Shown: one piece after another, positions 1 through 13,310 of the stretch | How positions within the stretch are numbered: position 1 is the stretch's first letter | Layout: the number at the start of each line of letters is the position of its first letter | NCBI GenBank assembly: GCA_050084985.1 | Contig: JBITNC010000001.1 | Span: 183,706,001 to 183,770,000, forward strand | Direction: 5' to 3' | DNA: 64,000 nt | From: Nageia nagi | Lineage: Eukaryota; Plantae; Pinophyta | The notes under the pieces: generated by a model | What the model saw: the letters and a program-made list of their open reading frames with translations, nothing else | Told to the model about the DNA's origin: nothing | The model's database searches: none | Made by a program: the position numbers and the translations under genes

Positions 1-309
1 CCATTTCCTTAATGGGAAATGTGGGTGGTGGATATGGGAAGGAAAATATTCCATGTTCTTAGCATTACAAGTTCACACCTAAATTCATAACTCCTTCCAC
101 TAGCCATCATGGTTGGGTAGGCTTTGATGGAAAACTAAGACCATCACCAAAATGTTCATGCTCGGTGATTATCATTCCATGTTCATCACTTGAAATAAAA
201 GGACTAATTTATTTACCTTTTCCAATTGCAACTGAATTAGTAGCACTATTCTCCATTCCATGTTGCACTATGTTAGGTGTAATAGCTACACCTAAGAGGC
301 TAAGGTGTT

Positions 310-1510
310 TTACACTCCAAAAGCATCTTTGACAAAACTGAATTGATAAGTCTCACTTGGACACATGTCATCTACTAGTGCATTGGGATTTAGCAACCAT
401 ATCCTTATCCTTTTGAAACCTGTAGTGATATTGGAGGGTTTCAATCCTCTCAGTAGGGACTTGCTTCCAATTTCATCCAATATTATCAGCCTCCTAATTT
501 CTATGTTAGGAAACCTTTCCATCCATGCTACTCATTCATATTTGAATTATGTTTTGAAGGGAGAAAACATGCTAACATCTAATGTTATAACTTATATGAT
601 GTGTGTGTAGGTAGGATTAGCAAGTGAATGCCCAACATCCTTGCCTCTTGTATTGTTGGTAGAGAAACATGGCTACCATGGCCATCAAATAGGAGTAAGT
701 GCCTATTTTTTGGTGACACTCCTCCAAGAATTGAACGTGCAAAGTGGTGCAATCAATTTAGGAATAGATATTTAGTCATCAATGCATATGGTTGGGATAT
801 CATACAAGCACCTAGTTCATAACTTGCAATGCAATTTTGTATCTTCCTCTTTCCTTGAACAGATAGATTCTCAATATACTTTGACCAGGAGCATTAACAC
901 AACATAGAATAGTGATCCATTCCTTACTCTTCAACAAAATGTAGGACATATTCATGCTTCCTCTTCTTGCCAACACCCTCGTTGCACCATTTCTAATAGC
1001 TTAAATACCTATCTCATCATAGTTCCACGTTCATTTAGTACCATATGAGTTTTCATCATATGTTATTGAAAGAGTTTTGTAAAACGTAGATACAACAATA
1101 GGCTTGAAGTTGACTACCTTATTCTTATTGATGCCTTCAGCTACACATAATGAAAATTATGGATGTTTCCTCTTAAAATCATTCCACCAAGACTTACTAG
1201 GCATCCCATCCTTGAAGGGGTTTACTCTATTTTGGAAAATCTAAGCCATATCGTACTTGAGATTGATAGGTCATGACCAACTTGATCCATGTCTTTGCAC
1301 CATTCCATAATATGTCCCTCTTATTTTTCTATGAGGACTATTGGAGGACCTTTCTTAGATGTGGATGAAACCCACCTAACTAGTTGGTGAGCATTGTTGT
1401 TGGGATTCTCCATTTCTTTGTTGCAACCCTTGTTGACATCCCATTTTCTTCCACATCATGAAGAGCATGAGCCATGTCCTTCATAGACCATTTTCATTCT
1501 CCTGTTATTG
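310..1510 (-). mobile_element. Decayed pogo-type (Tc1/mariner-related; HTH-psq + CENP-B HTH + DDE_1) transposase pseudogene
   Basis: Manual minus-strand translation gives KWSMKDMAHALHDVEE (~1500), RVNPFKDGMPSKSWWNDFKRKHP (~1160-1230), TWNYDEIG (~1005-1030), EWITILCCVNAPG, RHLLLFDGHGSH (D at 684-686), LPTHTSYKL*..LDVSMFSPFK (D at 577-579) and NITTGFKRIRIWLLNP (ORF 310-522). Contains stops and frameshifts; TIRs not identified. Confidence 0.85.
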
Positions 1511-2399
1511 TTCTCTACCTTGTGGGTGAAGTAGGACCAACCACAATTGTGTCAACATCCACAACAAAAATGGGTGTAGTAGGAATGTACACAACTATGT
1601 CAACAACTTCTAGGTTGCTCTCTATTTGAACTGTTGGATCTTATGGTGGATCTTCATTGGGATATAATTGAACACCTCTATTATGTGATGGTAACCTTAT
1701 TATTTATCTCTTATTAATTAATCACCTCCTCATTGTATATGCCTATGCAACCTACACATAAAAATAAACATGAATCAATTTTGCAAAGTACTAACTTGCA
1801 ACCTGCACACAATAACAAACACATTCTATATGAATTTAAATAAAAAAAATTGCATTCTTGATAAATAATGAAACATGTATTGATGTTAAAGGAATTAAAG
1901 ACTCTAGAAGATGCGTGCAATTACATAGATCAAAATGATCAAGATGTAAATGAACGATATCCAATTTTGGTCAAGATGCAAATGAACATCCAATGTTATC
2001 TCCCTCGCCTCAAGCTTACATGCCATGCAAGAGGAGTTAATGTAGAGGGATGCATAACAAGTGTGATAATACAAACTGGAGTGGAGTGGTGGTGAGAAAT
2101 TAATGTTGCTTTGTGCACGTCGGGGTTGGTGAATAACATGGTTGAAATCCATCCTTGCACCCTATTTCTAGGTAAGCTATGTGTGCTAACTCATGGTGGG
2201 CTCGATAGATGATCGATCAGCCCACCAAAACCATAGAATAACACCACATCATACCAATTCCATAAAAACTATATGGTCAAACAAGTGTGACTAGGTTGAA
2301 ACAAAATTCCCAGCATCCATGCTAGCATGCTAGAAATAAACTATGATTTATTTTTTCCATATGGAACTCATCAAATTAATTAGTTGGACATCATCTTTT

Positions 2400-3100
2400 C
2401 TATAGCCATGAATTGCACATCATCAAATCATCGCATTTAATTAAATTATGATTGCATCATGCATCTTGTTAATAATTTTCAAACCTTGTATATACTTCCA
2501 TATTTTGCATACATGAACATGAGGGCTCGCACAAGAATAATATTTGATCAAAAGCATTCAAAACTAATTTTTGATGGATTTCCATACCTTATTCTAGAAC
2601 TCACATGGTGGCACATGGTTGAAGAATGGTACCATTATTATTGTTTGTTACATTTTATGAAATAGTTTCAATTCATTGTAGTCTATAAAATTGTGTTTGC
2701 ATTATTTGTATATCCTACAATCATTGTAGTGCATGAAATTATGTTTGCATTATTTGTATGTCCTACGATCATTACAATCAATGAAATTATGTTTGCACCA
2801 TGCATCTTGAAAAATATTTCTTGTTCCTTATAAATGCTTATATATTTTGCATAGATATGATAGAAATGCACTTTTAAAGTGTCTTTGATATATGTATAAC
2901 CCTTATTGCAAATATGCTGGTGTGGTACATGCTTTAAGCGAAAAGGTGGATTGATCTAGTTTCACTAATATTGTTGTTTCTTGCATTTAGTAAAATATTA
3001 TCAATTCTTATCAAGTAAGGATAAGTGTAAAGATATTTATTTAGTTTGGTACATGCTTTGAGGATGTTGGGAAAGTTGAATTGATCTAGTTTTACTCATA
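2400..3100. repeat. Degenerate dispersed repeat, internally repetitive, related to 61885-62310
   Basis: Shared blocks such as ctata(g/a)ccatgaatt, caatgaaattat..ttgca.catgcatctt, catattttgcatacatg and ttttaaagt.tctttgat. Boundaries approximate. Confidence 0.5.
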
Positions 3101-3642
3101 CTCTTATTTATGACTCTAATGATCGATTGTTTGCATACACATAAGATAACAACAAAGCATAACAAAAAATATACCAGACACTTACTTATTGAACAAAGCA
3201 TAATAGACACTATGTTGACCACTTAACATATGAAATACAGAAAATATCACCTCTCACTACATCAAGAAAGCATAACACAACATAACAGATACTTAACTAA
3301 TAGACAACTGGTTTGGTCTCTTCCACTATTTTCTCTAGAGTAATGATATGCAATACAGATAAATATAAAATACATGTTTTAAAAATCCAAAGCAAAACAT
3401 AATGGATAATTACTTGTAAATAGAAAACACATGCATTGCAAATCCTAAGAAAAGAATAATAACAAAGCATAATAGACACTTACAAGTTCCACAAACACTT
3501 ACTTGACCACTGGACACCTCTTTGGTCTCTTGCTTTACTCTCTCCAATTCAAATAATTTTTTTTTGCTACTTTCTCTAATTAATATAGGACTTTTTGAAA
3601 TGATTTTGGAGGGATTGTAAATTTGAATTTAGCAAACTAATT

Positions 3643-4052
3643 TGTTAGGATCCCACATCCTAACATTTTAGTGTTAGTATTAGTATTTTATTAAATTGTT
3701 AGCGTATATTGTAAATTATAATATTGTGATTGTAAGGGTGGGGCTTGACTTTGCATTATTAATAGGGTTAGGGTTAGTATATTATAAATAGATATAAGTG
3801 TGTGGAGAAAGGCATATTAAACATTATTTTTTACTTTTGGAGTTGTAAGGAGGTAGCCCCCTCGAAGCAACCTATGATTCTATTGCTATTCAGTAAAATC
3901 CTATCCTTATCTGCTTATTGTTGCTATTTCATGTTCTATTTATCAACGCATGCTCTATTATTTCCACTAGATAGTTGTCATTTTCCTATTTCAATTTGAT
4001 ATTCATTTCATTTCTGCAATATTTCCCTTTTCATATTTGTAGCATTGTAACA
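3643..4052 (+). mobile_element. Solo LTR (410 bp)
   Basis: TGTTA...TAACA termini; perfect 5-bp TSD TAATT at 3638-3642 and 4053-4057; internal TATAAATAG near 3783. Confidence 0.8.
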
Positions 4053-6244
4053 TAATTAATGTTGATCAAAATGTTAGGTTTTTGTATATTCATTCATATT
4101 TTCTCATATTTCAAATTTCAACTTTGGTGGCCTTACATTTTTAGTTGCATGGATGCAAGTAGGATAGATAAGGGATGTGTTGGTGGGCAAACATGTTGGC
4201 AAGATAGGATAATTGGACTTGTATTGAATTAACAATGCCACCTATAACTGTGAATAAAGTCACACATTGTGGTTTTGATGTGACTTGTGATGGGAGTTTC
4301 ATGGGTTGAGCATATTCGCTAAGAAACTTGATTGGGTTAGTAATGCCATGTGTTAAGAAAAGAAGTTTTGCCTTTGGATTATGTTAGGTTGCTCCCAAGG
4401 CAACCATGCTTCACTCACGAACAAGATAGAGTGCGTAAGAAACATATCAAAAAGTCATTTGATTTTGTTTGACTTGAATGTTTGGTGTGTGTGTGTGTGT
4501 GTATAATGAACATTGTAATATGAATTGAAGTTATTTTTGAACCCTAAGTGTGATTGATGCTTGTATGTTTTTATTACGTCATAGGCATCCTCCTTTGAGC
4601 TTTGGAAGCTCATTTTCAAATCGATGGCTAAGAATTTGTTAGAGAGTAGGTTGACCATGAAATAGTTTTTAGCCTTTGGATTTAATTTTTTTTGTTTTAC
4701 ATGACTACATGTGTTGTCATTATACTAATGTTGCATATTATCATACTATGTCTTTTAACTAATCATTTAATTGATAAATAAGACGTCTTATCTAATATAA
4801 ATAATTTAGAATAAATATTTAATAAATTAAATAATATTAAAAATAAATTTACCATAATAACATGTGTTATAAATTATAAATATGATCTTTTAAAAAATGA
4901 TAGTTCAATATCATACTTTGAAATAGATATAAACTTATTTTTATTGAATACTTTCATTTAGTATATTATTATTTAATTTCATTTGTAATTATTGTATATA
5001 ATATTTTTTATTTGATTGAATATAACATTTCCCATTTGAATTTTAATATTTCTTATGTGGATGTTATTTTGTTTTCTAATGATATATCTAAAAAAGTGTA
5101 GTTCAACATTTATCTTATTATTTAGTTTAACTTTTATTTGATTGAATGCAATATTCTTTCTTGTGAAGAAAATAAGAAATATTTTATTAGATTACAATTC
5201 CTATAGGTGTAAACACATAATTAATGTCTTATGATTACAAGAAGATTATATTTACACAAGCATTTATCAATTTAGAATTATTATGTCTCATAAAATATTT
5301 TTAGTGATACTACATACTTATATTTTACAATTATAAATATTATCTTATAAGTTAACAAGAATCATTATTCTTTAATACTTTCGAAAGTAAAAAAATTATT
5401 GATATGTGCATAACGATATATTGTTTTTCTTTTCTTTTCAAAATGTCTTTACAAATCAAGATAATTTTTCACAATTAATTTTGGATTATTATGCTTACAT
5501 CATCATCATCATCATTATTATTATTATCATTATTTTAGTTTTTTTTTAATTATTATTATTTATTTTATTATCATGTAAATTGTTAAGATTATACATAAAA
5601 AGAATTTATAAGATCTTGAATAATTGATAAATAATTTATGTTCATTAGTTTTTAGAGATTATAGATAAGTATTTATTTTTTAAATAATACATAAAATTTA
5701 TAGTAAACAAATGCATAGTTAAATATTTATGAAATGAAAGTCTATTATAATATTATGAATTTCAACTATTACATTAGAATATGAAATTTTCATATATTCA
5801 CTTTGATAATATGGTATTTGCATGTTATTTTACTTTACTAATTTGTAATCATATAAGTAGAAAATATAATAATAAAATAAAGTATCCACATATGATATAT
5901 CCTATTAATAATGCATAAGGACAATCCACATAACATCATACTGGATGGAAATTATATTATAACTATTGAAATGTATTAATATGTTGCATCATCTTTATAT
6001 GCTAACAAAAAATGATGGATTGCTCCCTCAATCATTATGAGTTGCAAAATTTAGAGGATTGTGCAAGAATATAATGTCACATTTCTTGAAGTATAATTGA
6101 TATGGGAAAGAAAAATGTATAAAATTCATACTAACTTTATCAAACGAATAATAAAACTAAAACATGCATTACAATATAATCATAAATTACTATGTTAAGT
6201 TATTATAATTATCTAGATAATTAAAATTTCTAATTGATATTTTT

Positions 6245-9200
6245 TTTCAAATGAAAAGACTTTATATTATTAAAATACAAAGCTAGTCATATAAAAGGGG
6301 TCAAGTGGTAGAGAACACATCCCAAAAGAGTCACACTAACTACACTAGGGTTAGAAAGCATAAAACTAATACCAAACCAAAAGTAGCCATAGCTAATCGG
6401 AGACCAAAAACACCATACGAGTGAAGCACAATTGAAAAAAGAAAATTAACTATTCAGGAGGATGGGGGGTGAAGTTGTCAGTTGACCCTAAGTAGGCCCA
6501 ACCATCATTATTAGAGGGAGCATCATTCCAACCATCATGGCTCACCTCAAGAGAAGTGCCATCCAGTTCAAGTGTCACAGCAACAGGCATAGGAGGTTGA
6601 GGGTAAGGCCTACCAATCAATTATGGCAGACCCCCCTAGCTACTTTGAGGGTGAGGAGATCCATGGCCCTAGCTAACCACTGGAAGAGATTCCCTTGGAT
6701 GTACATCTTAGCTGGAATGAACACACAAGGGTGAGGGTGCATCTAAGCAGAACCACTTGGGATTCTATGGTAGTTGAGACTAGTGACATCTGGGCAAAGA
6801 GGAAGGATGGTCTTGCAAGGAACCATATTTGGAAGCCCATCATCATGAACCTAGAGAACATCGATGCTACAGCTGCTGTTGAGGATGATGTCGATTAGGG
6901 GGAACTCTGCTCATGGCACAAGGGGCATTGTCCCAAAAGTTTAGCATATGATGTAAGGTTTAAACTTCCATATTTATCTTCTCTACTTGCACAATAATCT
7001 ACAACCAAGCATCGTAAAAAATAGCATATTTATCAGCAAGAGAAAAGGAAGTAGAGACATCCTCCCTACCAAAAATAATTCTATTTCTAGCTTTACAAAG
7101 ATGAAATAGGATAGTGGTAAGAAAAATGTGCCAAACTTCCTATAGGGATTCTGAAAATTTAAGCGGGTCTCCTAAAATTGCATGAACCCAAGAACATGGA
7201 GTAACCAAGAATTGGTTAAAAAAAGATAGAATCTAGTCCCAAGCTTCCTTGGCTTTCAAATAGGACCAAAACACATGCAAAAAGTCTTCAGGGGAGTTAC
7301 AAAATGCACAAGTCAGGTTGAGCACTCCTAGATAACTTCTTCAAACCCTAATAGGCAAGCTTTGATGCAATAAACTCCAAAAACAATTGTACTTAGGTTC
7401 CAAATAGGACTTCCAAATTATGCAAAAACATAGTCACCACCAAGATGGTGAGGAGGCAAGATCCCATTGTAAATTGAGAATATCTACCATAGGAACATAA
7501 TAAGAAATTTAGGAGTGCCCAAGGTGGGGTTTGTACTTCATTAACTTGACTTTTTTGGCCAAGCCCAATCCTTCCACCAAAGAGATTGGAACCTTTCCTA
7601 GCCCAACCCAAATAGAAAAGGGGACTTTTTCCATAATGTAATCAAATGTGGACTTGTCACTAAGGGAGAGGCCATACTTGCTCCAAAATTTATCCCAAGA
7701 GAACCAACTCTTGGTTTAACAATCAAAAAGATCACGAAACAAGTCAATCCCTTTTCTGTGAAAATGAAGAGCATGAATCCATTGAACTTGGGTGAGAGGG
7801 AGGCTTTCATGTGTGATAGCTAGAGACCATCACAGGCTCAAGGAAGAGCATGAAGCTCCAAAACCTTTCCCAAATCTTTTCCATTTAAGCCAAGGTTTCA
7901 AGGCCTCCCAGGCTTTCCATATACTCTTGACCACAAAGGAACCAATAATTTTTATGGGCATTGATGCTGTCAGAAGCATTTGAAGGTTCAAACCTTTCCA
8001 AACCTTTTTACCAAAAGGAAGGCTAATGGATATGTAATGCCTAATTAGAATCTTTTAGGACTCCTTGCCCTCTAGAGCACAAAGGATCCACTTAGCACAA
8101 AGTGTAAACCCTTGGTGGTTGTAGTTAAAAAGTCCCATACCACCATCCAATCTAGGAAGGTAGTAGATGCTCCAAGCAACTCTATGAAACCCTCTCTTTT
8201 GCTCGTCAGAGGCCCAAATAAAATCCCACAATAGACAATCAAGCTTGTAGTAACAATTCTTAGAGGGAACCCAATAAGTAGAGTAGTAAACATGTGTCAA
8301 AGCTAGAATTTTATAACACACTTGAAACTTCCCAATAAGGGAAAGTTTCTTAGTGGACCAATACTCTAACTTTTTACCAACCTTTTGAACAACTACATCC
8401 CAGAGTTGAGTAGGGGAAGCCTGAAAGGCAAAGGGAATGCTAAGAAATTTAAACACCTCACCATGTTGAATCCATTTCTTGAGATAATTAGCAAGCCAGA
8501 TAGGGGTATCCTTGGGGGATTGATGATAACAAGAAGTTTTTTGCCATTGAATACTGGAACTTGAAGCTAAATAGAAGGTGTTCACACACTAAAGAGCAAC
8601 AGTGATAGATTGCTCATCTTCATGCAAGGTAAGGAATGAGTCATCAACAAAATGCCCATTGAGAAGCTGATTCTGAGAATTCAAAAGAGAAATGCCCCTA
8701 ATATTACCTAGGCCTGCATGATGCACCAGTAGGTAACTAAAGCCTTTAGCAACAAGAATAAACAAGGAAGGAGCTAAGGGGCAACCTTGAAAGATAGAAT
8801 AGGCAAGAGTGATGGCTTGGGAATGAGATCCATTCAAAGTAAGAATGGCTAAGGCATCCCTAAAAAGCATCTAAATAGACTACAAAAAATTGAACCAAAG
8901 CCCAAAGTTATCAACATGGCAAGAATGAAATTCCATTCAATTCTATCATAAGCCTTTTGAAAGTCAATCTTGATAAAGAGAGCATCTTAACTAGATTGAT
9001 GAGTCCATTCCATACCTTCCCAAATAGCAATGACATTATCAAGAATGTAACAACCCTTGATAAAACCTATTTGTTCAAGCTGAATGATGAGAGGCAAAAT
9101 TGGCTTGAGCTTGAGAGCTAAAGCTTTAGCAAGAATTTTGTGACAAACATTTAGCAGGGTAACAGGCCACCAATTGGTGATTAATTTAGAATCTCCCAAC

Positions 9201-9966
9201 TTGGGGAAAAGCTTGATATTGCCTTTATTAATAATTTCTCCAAGAGAACCCAAAAGCATAGCTTCTTGATAGACATGCAAGAGATTAGGTCCCACCATGT
9301 CCCAAAACATTTTATAAAACTAGCAGGGGAAACCATCAATGCCAAGAGCTTTGTCATTGGCCATCTCTGCCAAGGTAGACTTCAAATCTTCAAGGGTGAG
9401 GGGGGACTCACAAATGTCCTTTTGAGCTTGAGAAAGCCTCAAAGGTATGACAAAAGAGCATTCTTCCAGAGCCTACTGGCGAGCATCAGATATAGGCTGA
9501 GGTAAACACATTCTAATAATGCAGAACAAAAGATTGCAAAATGTTTGGGAAATGGGTCAACCTCTCATTATTCACTTTCAAGGCCTGGAATTGAGTGGAG
9601 TACAAAGGAGGTTGTAGCTGCTTATATAATTCTTTTGAGACTCTATCACCTACTTTCAACTATTTAAGTCTTGCCTTGAGCTGAGCCCCCTTAGCTTCAT
9701 AAAGGTTAGCCTTCCTTATCTCATTGTGAAGGGAAGCTACTTGGGCTTAAGTAGGTGGACTAAAAGGATGAGCCTCCAAAAATTTGAAAACACGGGCAAG
9801 CTCAGACCATATCATAGAATTGGATTTCTACCTTATTTTTGCAAACTCAACTCCTCAAGATCTAAGGACTTTGGAAGTTTGGTGAATGACACCATTCCAC
9901 TAATGAATCCAACCACTCGGGCCAAAAGGGCATGGAATAAGATTCTAATGTCAAAGAATATGAGCA
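6245..9966 (-). mobile_element. L1-type LINE, 3' half (post-endonuclease linker, RT, zf-RVT, short poly(A)); degenerate
   Basis: GAQLKARLK*LKVGDRVSKE (~9640-9700); ORF fragments 8987-9310 (NWWPVTLLNVCHKILAK...QIGFIKG), 8589-8870 (QGCPLAP, FVDD) and 8055-8585 (GGMGL); T-tract at 6240-6247; TSD copy TTCTAATTGATATTTTT at 6228-6244. Confidence 0.9.
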
Positions 9967-10189
9967 AGTTAGATTGGATCTCTTTGGTTCAGCTAGTGCG
10001 AGGATGGTGCAACCAGCAAGTAGAAAGGAAAGATAGTTGCCCATAGTATGTTTTGTAGAAACTACAGGGAATCTTAGAAGACAGTTTTTGAAATATGTGT
10101 AATACTGTAGAATATCTATAAACTTTTATATATACAGGTTTTGGGGCCCTATTTTTTTGAAAACTCGCTGCAAATTTTTTAACCTTATC

Positions 10190-10192
<3 letters not shown>

Positions 10193-10271
<79 letters not shown>

Positions 10272-10299
10272 GTATGTATGTATGTGTGTATGTGTGTGT
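10193..10299. repeat. Compound (TA)n/(TATG)n/(TG)n microsatellite
   Basis: Directly visible; the (TA)n part is much shorter in copy B (~44241). Confidence 0.95.
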
Positions 10300-10759
10300 C
10301 CACATGCATGCATGCACCCATGCACAAGTATTAAGAAGAAAAATATTTAAAAGAGATGTATATCTTAATTTAATCAAAAAAATAATTTACCTTTTTAATT
10401 TACCTCTTTCTTTGGTTGGTAAAATTTAATTGCAATGGAGATGTCATGAACTTAATTCAGGACTCTTATTGTCTTTTATGAAAACACTCTCCAATTGTTG
10501 GAAACTTAGAATATATCAAAGGAGACAATGAGAACTAATACTTAGCATGACAATGGTTCATATGCATAAGAGATTTAAAAGTAACTACTTATAGCTAGGA
10601 TTGTCCATACCACCATAGAATAGCAACTTATAACATATTTTACAATGGTTAAATTTCCTCAATTCAAAATATCGAAATGTATTTAGATGTTATAATGGAT
10701 GAGTTTCAAATTTTTTATGACAATTTTGTGCTCAATCAAGGTCCCAAACCTTTGTTACA

Positions 10760-13310
10760 CTATTAGTATTTTATTTATGATGTAACCATATACGATGAGA
10801 TTGGGCAACTATGGGATTCCACCCAATGCATAAAGTGAAATTGAAGCTACTTCATCTTCCATTTTTTTATGTTCCTATTCTTCCATTTCTTCAACATGTT
10901 CTTGTTGATCTTATTTCTCTTAATATTCATATTTTGAAGCATGTATGTCTCTTGTTCCATTTTTAGTCAAATTTGAATCAAAAGGACTTTGAATACGTTT
11001 TCATTAGCTTCACTCCTTTTCCTTCAAACAAAATTATTGTTTCCTTCTTGTTTTCCTATTGAGATCCTTAAATACATTTCCTTAAGGTTTATAGTAAATT
11101 AAGGTTTCCAATTATTGCAAACCTAGTAGTTATATATGCTTATATTATATTCATATAATACTTTTTTGTGAAAAGACTTATGCTTTAATATAATGGCAGA
11201 TACCTTTCCATGGCAAGTTTTCTCCATTAACAAGGAGTATGATGGAACTCTTATTAACTACATTAAGAAATTCAACCTTGCCAAATAATTATTGATAAAA
11301 TTATATAGATGTTATCATTATAAGGACTACTAGTATTTTATTTTTGATATAACCACATATCATGAGATTGTGCAACTATCAGATTCCACCCCATATACAA
11401 AGCGAAATTGAAGCTACTTCCTCCATTTTTTATGTTCTTATTCTTCCATTTATTCAACATGTTCCTAATGATTTTAACCCTGACAATATTCATATACTGG
11501 CGCATTTTTATCCCTTATTTCATTTTCCATCACGTTTGAAACAAAATGACTTTGACTACTTTTTAATTAGCGTCACACCTTGTCAATCAAACAAAACTAT
11601 TGCTTTCTTCTTGTTTGCTCATCATAATTCCTAATGCATTTCCTTAATTATCATAGCAAATTAGGTTTCCAACCATTACAAACCCAATAATACATTTTCT
11701 CCTACTAGATCCATATAATACATTTTTGTGTAAAGACTGATGCTTTAACATCATGATACATACCTTTCCATGACAAACTTTCTCCACTAGTAATGAGCAT
11801 GTTGAAACTCTTATCAACTACATAAAAAAATTTCAACCTAGATAAAGAATTATTGATAAAGTTGTATGTGCTACTCTTTTTTTTATTAGAACCAACGAGT
11901 AAATTTGATATTAATCAAAAAGAAAATCGAGTTTTGAAAGGACCTCAAAAACTAGTGTGTGCTAATATTATAAAGACTACTAGAATTTTATTTTTGATGT
12001 AACCACAGACCATGAGATTGTACAACTATGAGATTCCACCCATTGTATTACTATGATATATAGGTAAATATTTGTCGAGTATAGATAGGAGATTGTTAAA
12101 ACCTCCTAACAAGTTGGACAATTTATTGACTCAAACCACTCGTACTCTACTACACAATAAATATTGTTGAGATACTAAAAAATAATATATCAAACAATTA
12201 TATCTTTGACATTGCATTGAACGTTCAAGCTCTTCATTTCGCCTTTGCATTTCAACAAGGATCATCCTTATTCTTTATAAGGATTCAACCACCATGGCTT
12301 GCATCTTTAATGTTGAATTTAGAACTTCTGCTGACATAGCTTTCTCTCCTTTCAATAGTTCGAGAGTGTGTTATTGCTAGAGACCTTTGGGTATGACCCA
12401 ACCGCGATCGTCGTTGTCTCATTCACTAAGCTTTGGATATGGCATGAAACTTCTCCTCTATGAATGACATCCTCCTCACTCTCACCAATATTCATAGGCT
12501 CACTTCCATAACTTGCTTCCATAATTGCTTTTCAAGGAGCTTATCAAGGGGAGGGGTAAATATAAGGGTTTAGATAAATAGTGGAATTGCTTCTATTGGG
12601 TCGATAGCGGATTCCCATTGCTACCTGAGCAATAAAGGATTAGGGATTTGTGTTGCTCGATTGATAGTGGATTCCCATTGCCAAATTCATTGTTACCTAA
12701 TCGATAACAAATTCTTGCTACGAGGTTCATTATTGTTGGATCAACAGTAGATTCCTGTTGCATGGTTTGTTGTTATTGAATTGATAACATATGCTCCTCA
12801 TTTGAATATTTTTATTAAATATGTTTATTAAATTTATTTTTTTATAATGTTTTGTGAAATACTAATATAGGTAAAATCAACATTTAACATCATTCAAATA
12901 CTTATGGACAAAATTTTATAGATCTTACAAACCAATGGGTTTAAAATGGTATTAAAAGACTCCTATCTACTTATTCTATCAAACATTCAAATACTTAATT
13001 GTTTTATATTTACTTCTAGACAAACTTTATAGATCCTACAAACCAATGGGTTTAAATGGACATCAAAAGACTCCTATCCTATAAATGAAATTGAAAATAC
13101 TTTATCTTCCATTTTTTATGTCCTTATTCTTCCACTTCAACATGTTTATGTTGATCTTGTCTCAAAATTCATATATTGACGCATTTATATCCCTTGTTCC
13201 ATTTTTGTCACACTTGAAACAAAAGGACTTCGATTACTTTTTCATTAACTTTACTCCTTGTCCTTCAAACAAAATTATATTTCCTTGTTTACCTATCGAG
13301 ATGCTTTGAA
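10760..13310. repeat. Three degenerate ~570-bp tandem units, the third interrupted by a ~1-kb insertion (also present in copy B, ~44750-47300)
   Basis: Unit starts cta.tag.attttattt.tgat.taacca at ~10760, ~11327 and ~11977. The third unit breaks at ~12046 and resumes at ~13083 (aaatgaaattgaa...). Confidence 0.75.

Noticed and set aside
10157-10429. IYIY-type ORFs and the many other 60-100-aa ORFs in the track
   Set aside because: Products of microsatellites, antisense frames of TE or MSRB coding sequence, or chance; many use GTG/TTG starts.
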